Shown here piece after piece: positions 27,450-39,699 of a stretch of DNA of 64,000 nt. The stretch is from Raillietiella orientalis (taxonomy: Eukaryota): the NCBI GenBank assembly GCA_036172245.1, contig JAYWIR010000015.1:3410001-3474000 (forward strand). The letters run 5' to 3'. The number at the start of each line of letters is the position of its first letter. The stretch's first letter is position 1. The notes beneath the pieces are model-generated. The model was not told where the DNA came from. It searched no databases and saw nothing but the letters and a program-made list of their open reading frames with translations. The translations under genes and the position numbers were made by a program.

Positions 27450-30440
27450 GAACTAAGCAACGATGGCAAGGAAAGGCGCTGCGAAGACCTCGTACTCCTT
27501 CAGGAAGTTCTCAAGATGTCCGAAACGGAGGTGCGCGCTCAGGGTACGGTGCGATTCCTTGCACACATGCGGAATCGTGTTTTTCGTACACGCAACTCTC
27601 GCGGGTGCAATGAGCAGCGTCCGTTTCGAGAGTGCTTGTCCAGCGAGCCAACTTGTGCCATGGATCTCGCCGTGACGAATGATTATGCTTATGGTCAACG
27701 ACGAACACGCGAACTCGCTTGTTTGGCTGAGCTCGGGACAAGCCAACTGACCAAACGCAGGTTCTGGTGCGGTGCAAATGACACCAGGAAACCTCAAACT
27801 CGGCCTGTCACCCTATCATGCCCGATGAAGAGGCCATTGCGGGTAGGTGGAAGAGTGGCGCTTACTGGCGCATCCGACCAACTTGCTCAACGGCGAGCCT
27901 GAAATGAATGACTCTGTTGACCGCTGGTGTTCGCTAGGGAGAAAAAGAAGCGAGGAGAGATCGATCCTGTCTGGCCATTCCAGGAACGAGATCGAGCCGT
28001 ATTCTTTTAAGAAGGAGACTCTGATGAATGTGTGCAGGTCATTGGGAGATTGGCTCGGTCATCCGGAAACCGCGAAGAGACCCCATGCTGTTCTCCATGG
28101 CTTTGTTATCTCCAGTCTGGAGGACTGGGAACAATTCTAGGAGTTGGTCAGACAGTCCCGCGTCCAGTATCCATCACATCTTCTACTCCAAGATTTCGGA
28201 GATGGCATCGAGAAACATACGTATCTTTTTACAGGTGCGAAACTAGTGCAGACGTCCGGATGTGCTCTGGTCGGCCGAATTCAAGGCCAGGGTCGAACGA
28301 CAGGTTTGACAATTCTGCATTGCATGTCTTCTGGACGATCAAGGACTGGAAGGTTCGGCTCCAGCAGAGGTGAAGAAAATCGCTCATAACTTTTACTCCT
28401 CGCTGTACGCGAAGGACCTATCGGTCGTTTCCAACTTTTCCCCGCAGAATTGAGCCCCCTGGTGCATAAACTTACGATACTGATCCGGGAGAGAGGCGAG
28501 GTGTCGTTTCCTTACAGTCAGAGAAAGTTCGTGTCTCTTCCCTTAAGAAGACACGCGCAGCTTGAACTGGCGTTCGATCACCTTGGTGAACTCTGGAGTC
28601 AAGATGCTTCCAAAACTGTGGGCTATGCGTCTGAGGCAGGATGAGAGCAGTCCTACGCTAATCCAGGGGGGAACATGGAATATAACCTGTTCTTTGTGCA
28701 GAACTGGTTTGAGGTGCGAAAGAAGGTCGCGATGGAGTGTTGCAGGATCAATGAGGATGGAAAAAGTACGAATTTGAAAAGCCAGAAAGCAAGCGAAATG
28801 CCGGGAGCCTTGACTATGGCGGTCGATCTCCAAAAGGAGTTCGACTGCGGTAAACTGGCAACTCCTAGAGCTCCTGGAACTCTTTAATCTCCCGCCTGTA
28901 CCCGCTCTTGCTTTGGTGCGGCGCGTTCATGAAAGATCATGAACATTACTTTTAATGGTTGACATGTGTTGACCACCGAAAGGTGTGTCAGCGCGGAGAG
29001 AAAGGACAACAACCTATACATTCCAGTAATTTGTTTGAGTTAGTGCCCCACGCATACGAGAGAATTCAGACCTTCTGCTCCTCATGTCCACCTCGGCGGC
29101 GTCTCCCAAGGAACTCTTCTGAAAGCTACGCCGGAGAGCGGACATGATCGTGAACAGTAAGAAACCGAGGGTCATTCCTGTAGGTGCGGCATGGAGAGGA
29201 CAACTGGACCGGATCCGCTTTGAGGTTCCCGTAGGCAGCGGGTGAAATACCTTAGAGTGAGGATAGACTTAAAAGACTTCTGCCCTGCAGAATTCTTCTA
29301 ACACTGACTGACTCAAGAAGGGCTAAAATGAACCTGCCTCTGTTTCAAGGTATTTCTCGCCGGAACGAATCTCCATCTGGAACTCTTCGTCTCTCCCCCC
29401 CCCCCCACACACACCAATCCGGATGCTTTTCTCTTCATCCCGCCATACGAGGAGAACCGTGACGCCTCATGTGGAGAGCACTGTGGGGCTCCGCGACGCC
29501 GAATGTTTGCCTAAAACACCTTGTTGCAGGACTCGGCACCCTCGCGCTGAATCAGGTGCAACTACAGTCCAAGTTTAGAACGATGGACTCCGTGGTGTCT
29601 TCCAGCTCGTGAAATCCTGAGACACGCTGTCGGTTTCGAGGGATTGCCATTCTCTCGTAACGGAGACTGCATGAAGTCACTAGGTTCCTGCAGAGGCAGA
29701 TCTCTGCCTTCCGAGAGGAACATCAATGGGTCTCATGCCACTTCCCAAACTACAGCGCCTGGGGCAGGAGGCAGTGGGCATCTGGATCCGCATCACGAGC
29801 ACCAACAACTCTATGATTCATCCCATTCATAGCCCATTAGCAGTAACCTTGGAGGAAAGGAAATGGAATTAGAAGTGGCCCCGAGCCATGGCCGCTCCCT
29901 TCAGCTCTGGTCCAGGAATTCGGGGACCTTCGGAGCACGTTCAAGAGTCTCGCGGCTGTTCAAGCCGAAGGCACTCCCAAACAGCTGCTGAGACTCTGCT
30001 TCACGCGGGACGCGCCTTCGCCAGCTTCCCCGATCGCATTCTTGTATTGTGTCAGGAGGATCGTGGAATTCCGGAAGACTCAGGGGGTTTGCTGCCAAAG
30101 AAGACCATACGCCTCAACCCCACAATGATGAGGGATGTGACACGATTGTTCATCCAAAATGACGAAGTCAAGGAGGGCACTGCCTGCATCGAGCACGGGG
30201 TACAGAAGATATGGCGCTGTGACCAAGAAAACCTTCCTTTTTTATTTATTCGTATGTTGTCCTCTTCACCAATACCCTCCCTGCCCTTCTGTGTACCCAG
30301 CCTGCAAGTCAGTAGTTTTCTTTTCTCCTGATGTTTTCGAGCACCCCAGTGGATTCATCAATCCGTGTTTCTTGTTAATTTTCTTTTTGAGGGAGGAAAG
30401 GAGGGGGAAGTAAACGCCCCTGCATGATTTCATCCCGATT
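27450..30440 (+). mobile_element. Near-full-length decayed L1/Tx1-like ORF2
   Basis: GASDQ (SDH), NFYSSLY, NWRSITLVNSGVKMLPKLWAMRL, AVDLQKEFD, a zinc-finger remnant AETLLH, and a 3' motif agtaaacgcccc at ~30410. Confidence 0.7.
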
Positions 30441-30649
30441 TCTGTGTCATTTATTTGAAACAAATCAGTCAATCAAACAATTCTTGCAGTCAGATACTGA
30501 AATATGTCGGGAAGAATGGGAAATACCCTCAGTGAACACAACTAGGGAGAGTTAGGGAGATAGGAGAGAAAATAATAAATGAGTAAATAAACAGACGACG
30601 GGATACACCACCTCATAGTATGCGACGTGATTCTCGAGAATCTGCGTCG

Positions 30650-32640
30650 GACTAAAAAGGTAAGGAAGGGAGAAGGGTCACTGCGTACATTTACTTTGCT
30701 GCATTACAGAGGCGGTCGTACGCAGAGGGCTGTTTGAAATATCAAAAATATGCTGCTGCTACTTTGGGATGCTACCTTGTTGTTCTTGCTAATGCTGTAG
30801 GAGTCGAAAGTTTTCCGTTTTCATCGCCTATGCAGAATAGAATCTCATCAACAACACGACGTCCAACTTCCTTGAGCAATGTAGCAGAAGTAATGAGCTC
30901 TGGTGGTATATCCTGAGTACACTCTGTAATGGCGGTACAACCTGCTGGAATAGAACTGTTTTCTGTGCGCTGAATAATGTCACAATCAACTGAAGAGTGT
31001 CTGCACTTGGCAAATAGCTAGTTTGCTCTGTAAAAGCTTTTACATCTTTCATAGCGTGGAGATCTAGGGCCATGAGCCAAAACTTTTTCGACCCTATGGC
31101 TACTTTCCCAGTTAGAGTCTCCACTCACAATCCTTCGAAGACTCCCTACAACCCGACTTCCCAGATGGAGTCATTTCATCGCCCTTCGCATATAGGCACT
31201 GGCAATTACAAATTGCTTTCCAGGACGTCGGTCACTCTCTTCCTTCACCCTCGCGGCGGCTAGCACATGGCGGAAAATCGCCAAAGCAGCAACCAGTACA
31301 CCTATAGACGTGCACATTACTCTAAAGAGGTCCTGTAGAACAGTAGCCGTAATTGGAGTTCCTTCACGATGTGCTACCATCCCTGACCTAGTCTTTTGCA
31401 TTAAAGCAGCACGTGCGGAAGTGTTTCCTCTGTCCTAAAGTGGGGCATTCCTTGAGAACTCTCCCCGCTTAGGTGTGGGAGCCCAGCTCCTCGTTTCGGA
31501 GGAGTGCCCAGTAAACCAGGAAGAAATCATTTTGCTGGCACCGGAGAAAAAACACGGAGGCGTCGACCAGAAAGCATGGTATCTCACAGCTCTCCCAGGA
31601 AATCTCCAGAGATTCCATCCATCTTTTGGAACGACCTGGAGCTAGAACTTTTCAAGCAGCCTAGTTCTCCAGGAGAGAGGTTTACTACTGGCGAATGACC
31701 TTGCTGACTCCGGAGATACGACAGATCACCTCCCACGCTCCAGAAGCATCCTCTTCCTCCTGAACCATCCCATCGATGAAACAGTAAATGCATGGAGTCC
31801 CGAATGGTTACATGCTGAAATCTGGATCCAGTATTCCTGCAAGAGGAAGTTTCCTCAGGCGGCAGGTGGCGTTACTGTTCGAAGAACTGGACATCTCACC
31901 CGCATCCAGGTTTCCAATAATTCCTGCCTTTAAGCATCCCTGCTGAGTGGGAGACAGGATAGCCAGTGGTGTTCCTCCACTAGCAGCTCACTCGGGAGGA
32001 GTGGATGAACCTAACTGCGTCCTCGTCCGAGGTTGCGTGAGAGGACGGATTCCTTAGCAGTTTTCTGCATTCTTATAAAAGACCAGTAGCGACCTCATAG
32101 AGAGATCACTGTGGTTGGCCTAGGAGGATAGGAATCCTTTTGGGTTCTTATCTGTTTCTCTGTCTTCGTTCCAACTTTTTTTTTCTTTTCGGGTTATCCT
32201 TTTTCGGTTTGCTAAGTACTGAAGAACCGTTCGCCCCTGAGGGAGCTCACAAATCTCTTTAGCACTGCTCTTCCACTCCATCCGGGGGTTCGTGTCACTC
32301 TTCAAGTTATAGAGGGTAACCTCCGAGGGACCACCTTATGAACCCACGAAGGCTTTCCTCTTCCATTATTTCTTCTCCTTAGGGAAGTAAGAAAAGATCG
32401 CCTTTTGGAATTTCTTCTCCGAACGGAACCCGCACGGGAATCGCTCCTGGTTTTTTCCTTCTCTGAGGAGAATCCCGAAAGGACGCTTCCCAATTTCTCT
32501 GGAGGGTCGAATGAAGCAGCACACTTCTTGACACTCTGGAGAGGCATCCTCAATCAATCAGCTCACAGTATTCGATGACGGGTTTCCCCCGAAGGGAGTG
32601 GGGATACGTCTCCATTTTTACAACCGGAGGTGAACTCTGA
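30650..32640 (-). mobile_element. Decayed L1/Tx1-like ORF2
   Basis: RRNSKRRSFLTSLRRR linker; a post-RT segment at 30830-31120; many stops. Confidence 0.45.
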
Positions 32641-32649
32641 AGGGAACCG

Positions 32650-32715
32650 GCTCTTTGATTCCTGGAAGGATCCCCGGATGTGACCATCCGGGGATCCTTC
32701 CAGGAATCAAAGAGC
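32650..32715. repeat. Perfect inverted repeat, 31-bp arms, 4-nt loop
   Basis: gctctttgattcctggaaggatccccggatg-TGAC-catccggggatccttccaggaatcaaagagc. Confidence 0.97.
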
Positions 32716-32859
32716 TTTTTTCAACTTTTAATGCCGGCCACTCATCGGAGGAATCCCGGAGTTTCCGGCTTCTACGAGTGTCGCACCCAAATAGGTCAAC
32801 CAACCAGCATTATCTTGCGGGAAGGGAACTCGAAACGTTCCCATTTCTCAGCATCAGCC

Positions 32860-32945
32860 CTTCCTCAGGCAGAATTTGAACCCGCAGAGCTCTGTGCAAC
32901 GCGCGGGGACCGCAGCCATACAGTCGCTAACGCGAGCTAAGCAAA
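32860..32945 (-). mobile_element. tRNA-derived SINE head or tRNA pseudogene
   Basis: Minus strand TAGCTCGCGTTAG (A-box-like) ... GCGGGTTCAAATTCTGC (B-box/T-arm). No intact cloverleaf. Confidence 0.35.
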
Positions 32946-33699
32946 CTTTACACCAAGTTCTTTGCCGTAGGTAATGGCATGGAAATTGGACCCACAGCAT
33001 CCTCGAACATCCCGATGCCCTTTCGCGAAGCAATGCTACAAACTAAAGAAATTCCTTCCCAAATTCGATCAGGACTCAAAAGCTGCACGTATCTCATGAT
33101 TTTTTTCCCAAGTATGCTACCATGATATTTCACAGGTGAGGTATTCACGGAAAACTGTACGAATGCAGGGTAGATCCACAAACAGATCAACAGTCTCTAT
33201 GAGATCGGTAAAGGCAGAGTCCTTGTGAGCCGAGATGTATGTGACCAAAGGAACTTGAATTCGTAGCATGAAAGAAATTTTCGGAAAATCTTCTAGCTGA
33301 GATTTTGTCCAACTCTGTGTCCAACAAGACGAAATTCTCCCATATAAGAGATCTCTGAAATTCATATCTTCTAAAGTCGATGATTATTAATCGTTGAAAA
33401 GCTCATTCAGCAACAGTGGCACTTGATGTGAGGAGAGTGAAACGGAAAGTGAGCGAGGGAAGCTGACTCGCTCTATTGATGTTCCAAATGAGACTTCTCA
33501 CTTATTGAGACCTCCGTCATCACTGACCCTCTCTCGAGGAGTAAAGGAGAGGAAAGGATGCTTTAAGCGGAGTGAAAGACACGCCATCTCACAGCCAGCA
33601 TTTCTTTTCCAATCATCTGATTCATAGAGATGCACTGATGCAGCACCAGCTGATGTATTACCAGGACAAACAGGGACAAACTGAAGAACAATACATTCA

Positions 33700-33944
33700 T
33701 TACCAAATGGACGTGTTTAGTTCCTGTGTGGATGTGTCCTCGGGGAAGCCGATCAAAATTCGAGCCATAACTATTTCCTCGTAAGGAGTCGTCTCCCCTC
33801 TCTCATATATCAAGTGAAGGACCTCACTCGTTCCAGATAGCACTGTAGTCAGGCAGGAATAAGCGCTAGGTCGACTTTCGATCAGGATTCCGGACGACCA
33901 GGTTTTTCCCTCGTCAAAACTCCACCGGAGATGAAGATTTGTCC
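33700..33944 (-). CDS. NEU1: Sialidase-1 exon 6 (to stop)
   Basis: Follows a 54-nt intron (acaag|). RTNLHLRWSFDEGKTW...SAYSCL...YERGE...NTSIW*, containing the third catalytic Arg, an Asp box and the nucleophile Tyr. Confidence 0.93.
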
Positions 33945-33998
33945 CTTGTTCAAGAAGCACTCAATTTACTAATGGGACGGTTCCCATATCCCACTTAC

Positions 33999-34218
33999 TT
34001 AGGAAAGGGTGAGCAGGATTAGAAAAAAACAAGGATCCGTTCAAGGACAGAAATCCTGCAGCAACAGCAGGATCGACGAGCGTTCGGGACATTTCCAGGA
34101 ACTCCATAGGGAACGTCTCAGTTCCATCGTAGCTCCTCAGGATCATACGGCAGTTGCAATGGAAGTGATTCTCATTCCTCACATTCACAATCACAGATCC
34201 GTCCGGCATCTCAGCGAT
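33999..34218 (-). CDS. NEU1: Sialidase-1 exon 5
   Basis: ttgcag| acceptor; IAEMPDGSVIVNVRNENHFHCNCRMILRSYDGTETF...LVDPAVAAG...FFSNPAHPFL; A|GTAAGT donor, phase 1; 220 nt. Confidence 0.95.
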
Positions 34219-34899
34219 CTGCAATGATTGAAAGATTTCAAAAGGGAAGCGGATGAACATCCCTCCCCAAAAATAAAAGGAAAAGACTTTCTGATGAGTT
34301 AGGGGATCTACTTTCAGCCTGGACTACTTTTCCATTTCCTTGATCCTTCATCATTAACCGCTCAGGAAAGGAAGACGAGAAAAAATCCTGCTCTTGTAAG
34401 GAAAAAAGACCTTCGGCTCTGTGTCGAACGTAAGCACCATCAGCTCATCTCTGGTTCCCGGAGGCATACAAGCAAGTTTTTGACCATGTGTCAATGGATC
34501 ATGCAGCACCCTTGACAGAGAGGATCCACGGAGGACATCCGAGTTCGATCCCTCCCATACAAAGGCAGAAGATTCAAAGAGAGAGAAGCTCTAGGATTAA
34601 AGGAATCTTCGAATCCAAGCAGAGGTGAAGACCGTCCAAGAATTGGCTCTCAAGGTTGTGAACGGAAGGAAACAAAAGTACTGGATCGAGGGTGAAGCAT
34701 CACGTAAACCAGAATCTGTATAAGCACCCTCAAGAACTTCGGAATCAGAAATCGATGACTCCTAAATCAGATACTGCAGGAACGTTTTCTCGCCATCTCC
34801 AGCAATTCGGGTCCTTTCTGACAACAAAGAGCGGAATCTCTCTTAACAAGAAATGATCATTACAAGGATTACAAAAGGAAGAGAGGACGTGAAGAGAAG

Positions 34900-35400
34900 T
34901 TCCAAAGCAGCCCCAGAAGACTGGCAGAAAGGATGCTTTGCTCTTAACGCTCTGCAGTCCGAAGCTCCCAAAGACCTTTTATCAACAACCTCACTTGTGT
35001 CCTCCATTTAAATCGAGCCGATCAAATTTCTCTCTCCCGAAGACGCAGCTGTTTTCCTTGACACAGAGATAAAAGGAAGGTCTCAGAGCGCAGGAGGCTG
35101 TTCTCTGTATGGACTCCAGGATCTCCCTTTCCTCCTTTCTGCGCGTGGCATGCGGCGTCAAGGAGGAAAAAAGGGGGATGGGAAAGAAAGGGCTGACATT
35201 GTCAATAGAAGCAGTAAACGAGGATGCTGAGTGCGACAGCAGAGCGGCGCAAGCCGCCTGCAAGCCTGCATTGTTCTCTCTCTGCTCCCTCAACTCAAGG
35301 GGCTCGGGAGATGCTGATGAACGTACCCCAACAGAGCCCTGACTTACCCTGGTCACTGAGGGAATCGCTTCAATGAATTTACACGACTCTTTTCTGCTTA
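34900..35400 (-). mobile_element. LINE RT fragment in NEU1 intron 4
   Basis: SVTRVSQGSVG (GVPQGS-like), FTASIDNVS (YADD-like). Confidence 0.4.
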
Positions 35401-35423
35401 GCCGTTCCGAGCGCATCCGTTAC

Positions 35424-35606
35424 CTGGTTTTCGTCAGGAGAAAAGTCCTTCCAGATTTTTTTTTGGCCATACGGGATGCTTTTGACGCTCCCGGAGTACC
35501 TCCAATTTTTGCCGTGGTCATCGCTGACAATGCAGAAAACTCCATTTTCCTCCAGAGTGGAATGTCCGCAGACTATAAGGCGGCCCTTATGAGGCAGAAG
35601 TTTCTT
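35424..35606 (-). CDS. NEU1: Sialidase-1 exon 4
   Basis: Follows a 50-nt intron (cctag|). [70 protein letters not shown] donor; 183 nt. Absent from the ORF track because it has no start codon. Confidence 0.95.
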
Positions 35607-35656
35607 CTAGGAACGCGGACGAAAGGATTGTATTCTGCTCTTTCGTCTCAGGCTAC

Positions 35657-35919
35657 CTGTATTCCGTATCCCGGACCGGGAGCAAACATTTTCGTCCCTA
35701 TCTGGAGGGAAACATTGACAGGGGAGCTCCAGCTCCGTCCGTCGTCGTCGGAGAAGATGAGGAGCGTGCTAGAAACGTTGCAGTTCACGTGGTGGGCACA
35801 GACGACGAATACCAAAAAGATGCGTTCCGTTTCTTCGTCGATGACTACGCTACCCAGATTGAAGCCATCCACCAGATTGATATCTCTGTAGATCTCCACA
35901 GCTTCATCCCATGTTTGAC
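35657..35919 (-). CDS. NEU1: Sialidase-1 exon 3
   Basis: Follows a 58-nt intron (ccatag|). GQTWDEAV...DGFNLGSVVIDEET...SDDDGRSWSSPVNVSLQIGTKMFAPGPGYGIQ with Asp boxes; CAG|GTAGCC donor; 263 nt. Confidence 0.95.
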
Positions 35920-35977
35920 CTATGGTTATTTGGACTTCTCATCGGATCCACTCTCCAAGAAAGGATGCTTACGTTAC

Positions 35978-36164
35978 CTCCGTCTCCAGATCTCCTCATC
36001 TGCAGCTCCTTCGTCCCGATGTCGCTGCAGCTATACATCCTCGCTTCCACGAAAGCCAGTAGACTTCCTTTGCTAGTGAAAGTAGCAATTGGAACTCTGT
36101 AGCAGGACACACCCTTATCCCCTGCTGACCAGAGAACATGCTTGTCTTTGATTCTTGCTTCCAT
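35978..36164 (-). CDS. NEU1: Sialidase-1 exon 2
   Basis: tttcag| acceptor; MEARIKDKHVLWSAGDKGVSCYRVPIATFTSKGSLLAFVEAR...RRSGDG, with the YRVP (F/YRIP) motif; G|GTAACG donor, phase 1, 187 nt. Confidence 0.93.
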
Positions 36165-36249
36165 CTGAAACAACATACATGATGATATTAGAATCCTTCA
36201 AGCCGAATCTATTTTATTTTTGTATCTTATAAAGTAATGCAACCTCAAC

Positions 36250-37150
36250 GATGTTTGCTGATTGCTTTCCTATTCCCACCACCAATGGTCTTTCACTCTC
36301 CATCTCAGGTCTTCCATTTTGGTCTACGCGTCCCTTGCGCGGACTCGTTGTGACGAAACATAGGTACTCACGAGGCTCAACGGATCGGGAACTCTTCTTA
36401 CTCCGGAAGCTTCCCAGCTCCACCCATCCTTAGACACTCACTTCTCCAGGAGCAGATCCCAAAGACTGCCATTCTGTGCCCTCCTCCTAAGGATTCAGGC
36501 TTCGTACAGGGTGGAGCTTGTCGGATAATCGAAGCTGGCGTCCCTGGGTGGACTATGTTCTCAGAGAGAGAGAGTCTACATAGGAATCCTAGGGGATCGC
36601 TTCTTGGCACGAATCCCGATGAACATATCTTTCTCTAACAGGCAACCCGAAGAAGGGATCACATGTCCCGACCACCTCGTCACTGCAACCCTCCAACAAA
36701 AGTGATGCCATTCGAATAACTCTATCGCTCCTATCCAACATCTGCTGTTTTGCATGGGAATCCCATGCACCTCCATACCCACAGCACAGGACGGTACACA
36801 TCGACGTGGCTTCCGGAGAGAGTTGGTAGGACCAGGGTTTAGTTTCGTGCGAAAACAGCGGATTCCTCGCGAGTCTCCTCTTGTTTCAAACACTGGATGG
36901 AACAGATCCCTTTCCCAGAGAGCGAAATTCAAGCTAAATCGCTCCTGTAATTTCCCATAGGAACTACCTTTACTATCCACCTAACTAGTTGGTATGTTCC
37001 ATCTCGTTCCCGTTCCACTTTTTCACACTTTCCTTCTACAGAAACACTCATTTAGTTGGGTCTTGGTCCGAGTAGTCTGGCAGATTGTGGCTTTCCTGAG
37101 ACAGCACTATGAGGGTCTACTTTTTCCCTTGGATATGTAATCTTGGGTAC
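36250..37150 (-). mobile_element. L1/Tx1-like RT fragment in NEU1 intron 1
   Basis: GIRAK/CQEAIP (GIRQG.P), GAWDSH (KA.D). Confidence 0.4.
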
Positions 37151-37699
37151 CTAACCTTAAATAACTTCGACTGACACGTCACTTTCTGGCAAACGTAGGG
37201 AGCAGAAGATTAACAAATTCTCCGTTTCCTCCTCAGAACAAACGGTGGGAGGGGGAAAAGAAGTTTTTCGCTGTTCACAGACTAGGCACTTTACAGATGC
37301 AAGAAAGATTTTCCTCGATTCTGTTTCTCCTCAAGTTCCGTCGAGCTCGAGCCTCGATAGGAGAGCACCTGAGAATAGTCGACCTTTCTTCGTGTCTTGG
37401 CATCGCGTACAAGCTGGCTGCCTACTTTTTTCCTACACTCTGACTACACGACTTTGTGTGTGCTACAGCTGCAATGAACTTTTTGGCGTGAGCGAGCGAC
37501 TACCTTTCAGGCAAGAGAGCACTCGGGACCCATTCCCTATCCTACTGCGCAAAGCAAAGCACTTGAAAAGTTGAAGAACTTTCCGGGAGTCAAGCGTAAA
37601 CGCGGTTCCCTGGAAGAAACGAAACTTTTGTGACCAAAAGAGGCTCCATCAATCAAAGAGGCTGAAAGATGGGGATTTGTTAGTAAGGATCCCTCGTCA

Positions 37700-38850
37700 T
37701 CCTAGGTGCTCATCTCTTGTCGATCTGGTCTCCCACATGCCCTTGTTTGCGTTATTTCAGCATCATCATATAAAATCTCGAAGACAAATTTCTGCTGATT
37801 CTTAAGAGAGGATCGAGGGAAAATTCGGAAGTCACCGTGGCAGATCCTGGACTTGCAGGCTTATGAAACACGAATAACTGGAGGGCTAAAGTGCTCAATT
37901 TTTATTAGCTTGCTCGACACAAGACTCCATGCATTGGCTCTTTGTTTCTTTTAAGAGCTAATGAAGGGAACGTATTTGACCTCTCTGTCACTGGATACCT
38001 TCTTTGTTTACCTCTTCGATTCTCTAAATTCATAGGCAGCACGTTCTGCTCCTCCCTCAGTAGAATTTTGGATGTCCCCTCGTATTTTTGTCGTCGTGGA
38101 AGACTGAGGATGGAAATGTTGCTCAGAGATTCCCTTCAAACGCAATCGAAGCCACCGGCACCAAGCTGCAATGGACACTGAAGGGAGACTTCTGATCCCT
38201 TTAGGAGGCAACTGGTTCATTCGGAACTGAGAGTTTGTTATCTAAGATGCTTCGATCCGAGCACATTCCTTCCAGCGATGGCCGACATCTCCGAAATGTG
38301 ATGCTTCAGGAACGGTACGTCAGAGGTCGAGGTAATCTGTTGCTGCGCTTGCGGTCAAGTCTTCCCAACGTTCGTACATTTGCGTGTGTCGATTCTGGTT
38401 CCATGTTTGAACGGCTGAATTGTTACTCCAGTCCTTACGACTGTCCTTACGACTGTCCTTACGAACCGAACCAGATCTTCGTGTACTTCTCCTCGTGTTT
38501 CTCCTTCCACCCTTTAGAAGAATGCCTACATAGCCTCCTCGCAAGGGATGTCATCGAGCTCTCCTCTTGGAATATTTTTCCGACCCGTCTTCAGCTTCAA
38601 AAAAAAGTGCTTTTTCTCTCTCAGCCTTGTCCTTCCGTTCACTGAACGAAACGCATTCTGCAAGAAAGGAGCTGCCACGGTTCCCTTGGGTCGAAGTATC
38701 ACCTGGACTGTGGTCCTCTGATGTTCAGAGGGATTCTGTGATAGAAATCCCTTCCGGCATGAACTTGCCGGTGGAACTTTCAGTGGCCACTGGGCGGAAG
38801 GTGCAGAACCATTACTCGTGATGGGCATGAAGAGCTGTCGGTGTGCTCCC
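37700..38850 (+). mobile_element. LINE RT fragment in NEU1 intron 1 (antisense to NEU1)
   Basis: GNVFDLSVTGYLL (KAFD.V.H..LL), CNGH, PSTFLPAMAD. Confidence 0.45.
38431..38464. repeat. 12-bp tandem repeat, about 2.8 copies
   Basis: gtccttacgact units (CPYD repeat in the ORF track). Confidence 0.9.
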
Positions 38851-39171
38851 GCCCTTTATTCGCACACGCACACCCAGGGCAACATGCAGCGCTGTCAGCA
38901 ATGCGTATTTTTAGGCACAGGGACTCTAACTGCCAGGTTTGCTTCCCAGAAACTGGTAGCAGCCCACTTTCGGAAGAATCTGCGACATTCCTCATGGTCT
39001 CCAAGGTAGAAAAAAAGATGCAAGGTTGGACATGCAGCTACACGCGAAGAGCTCAGGAAAAAGAATCCGGGCACGACACGCGTTCGCGTGCTTCCAAGAT
39101 CCCATCCTCTCAGTTTTACGGTTCTCAGCTTTTGGTTTCGCGCGCTTCGGAAAAGGCGGTGATGCACTCAC

Positions 39172-39243
39172 CTGTGTGGATTGCGAGGTCACCGAATGCA
39201 GCGTGGAAGGCACGCAAAGAAGAAAAAGGAACAGAGCTCCCAT
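39172..39243 (-). CDS. NEU1: Sialidase-1 exon 1 (signal peptide)
   Basis: ATG at 39243 gives MGALFLFLLCVPSTLHSVTSQSTQ (hydrophobic, signal-peptide-like). It ends at a CAG|GTGAGT donor in phase 0, compatible with exon 2. Confidence 0.75.
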
Positions 39244-39699
39244 CTTTGTTTCAGCACCTTGCAAATATCCAAGAACTTGCGCCTTTCGGTATCCAGGACT
39301 CGTCTTCCTTCAAGTTTCACTGATGACTGATGGAAACAAATGAGGGACTTTGATGTTTCATTTCAGCTCGACATGCACATCGAAAAGTGGTTCCCGTAGG
39401 AAAAAGAACATGGGCGAACAAAGGTGCACTTATTTGACTCACGTTGCGGAGTCAAATAAGAGAGTACTGCGGTTCGTGAAATCTCAGATTCTGTTTTCTA
39501 ACAAATGAGGGACCTTGAAAAAGGGTTGCCTGCAAGTCCCACCCGTCTCCTGGCTTTTTTCCAAATGCGTGCACAGTTCATGATCGCCCATGTCTCCTGA
39601 TAAACTGCATCTCCGTGGAACGGATGAGATGTCTCTCGCCTTCTCGCCCTCTCTATATCAGTTTACAAGATGATCAGCATCCTTATAAGTGACGTCATC

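Noticed and set aside
15415..32715. Palindromes as rho-independent terminators, CRISPR repeats or one MITE family
   Set aside because: Eukaryotic context; the arms are mutually unrelated, with no regular spacing and no TSDs.
35373..35891. 172-aa plus-strand ORF
   Set aside because: Antisense shadow of NEU1 exons 3-4.
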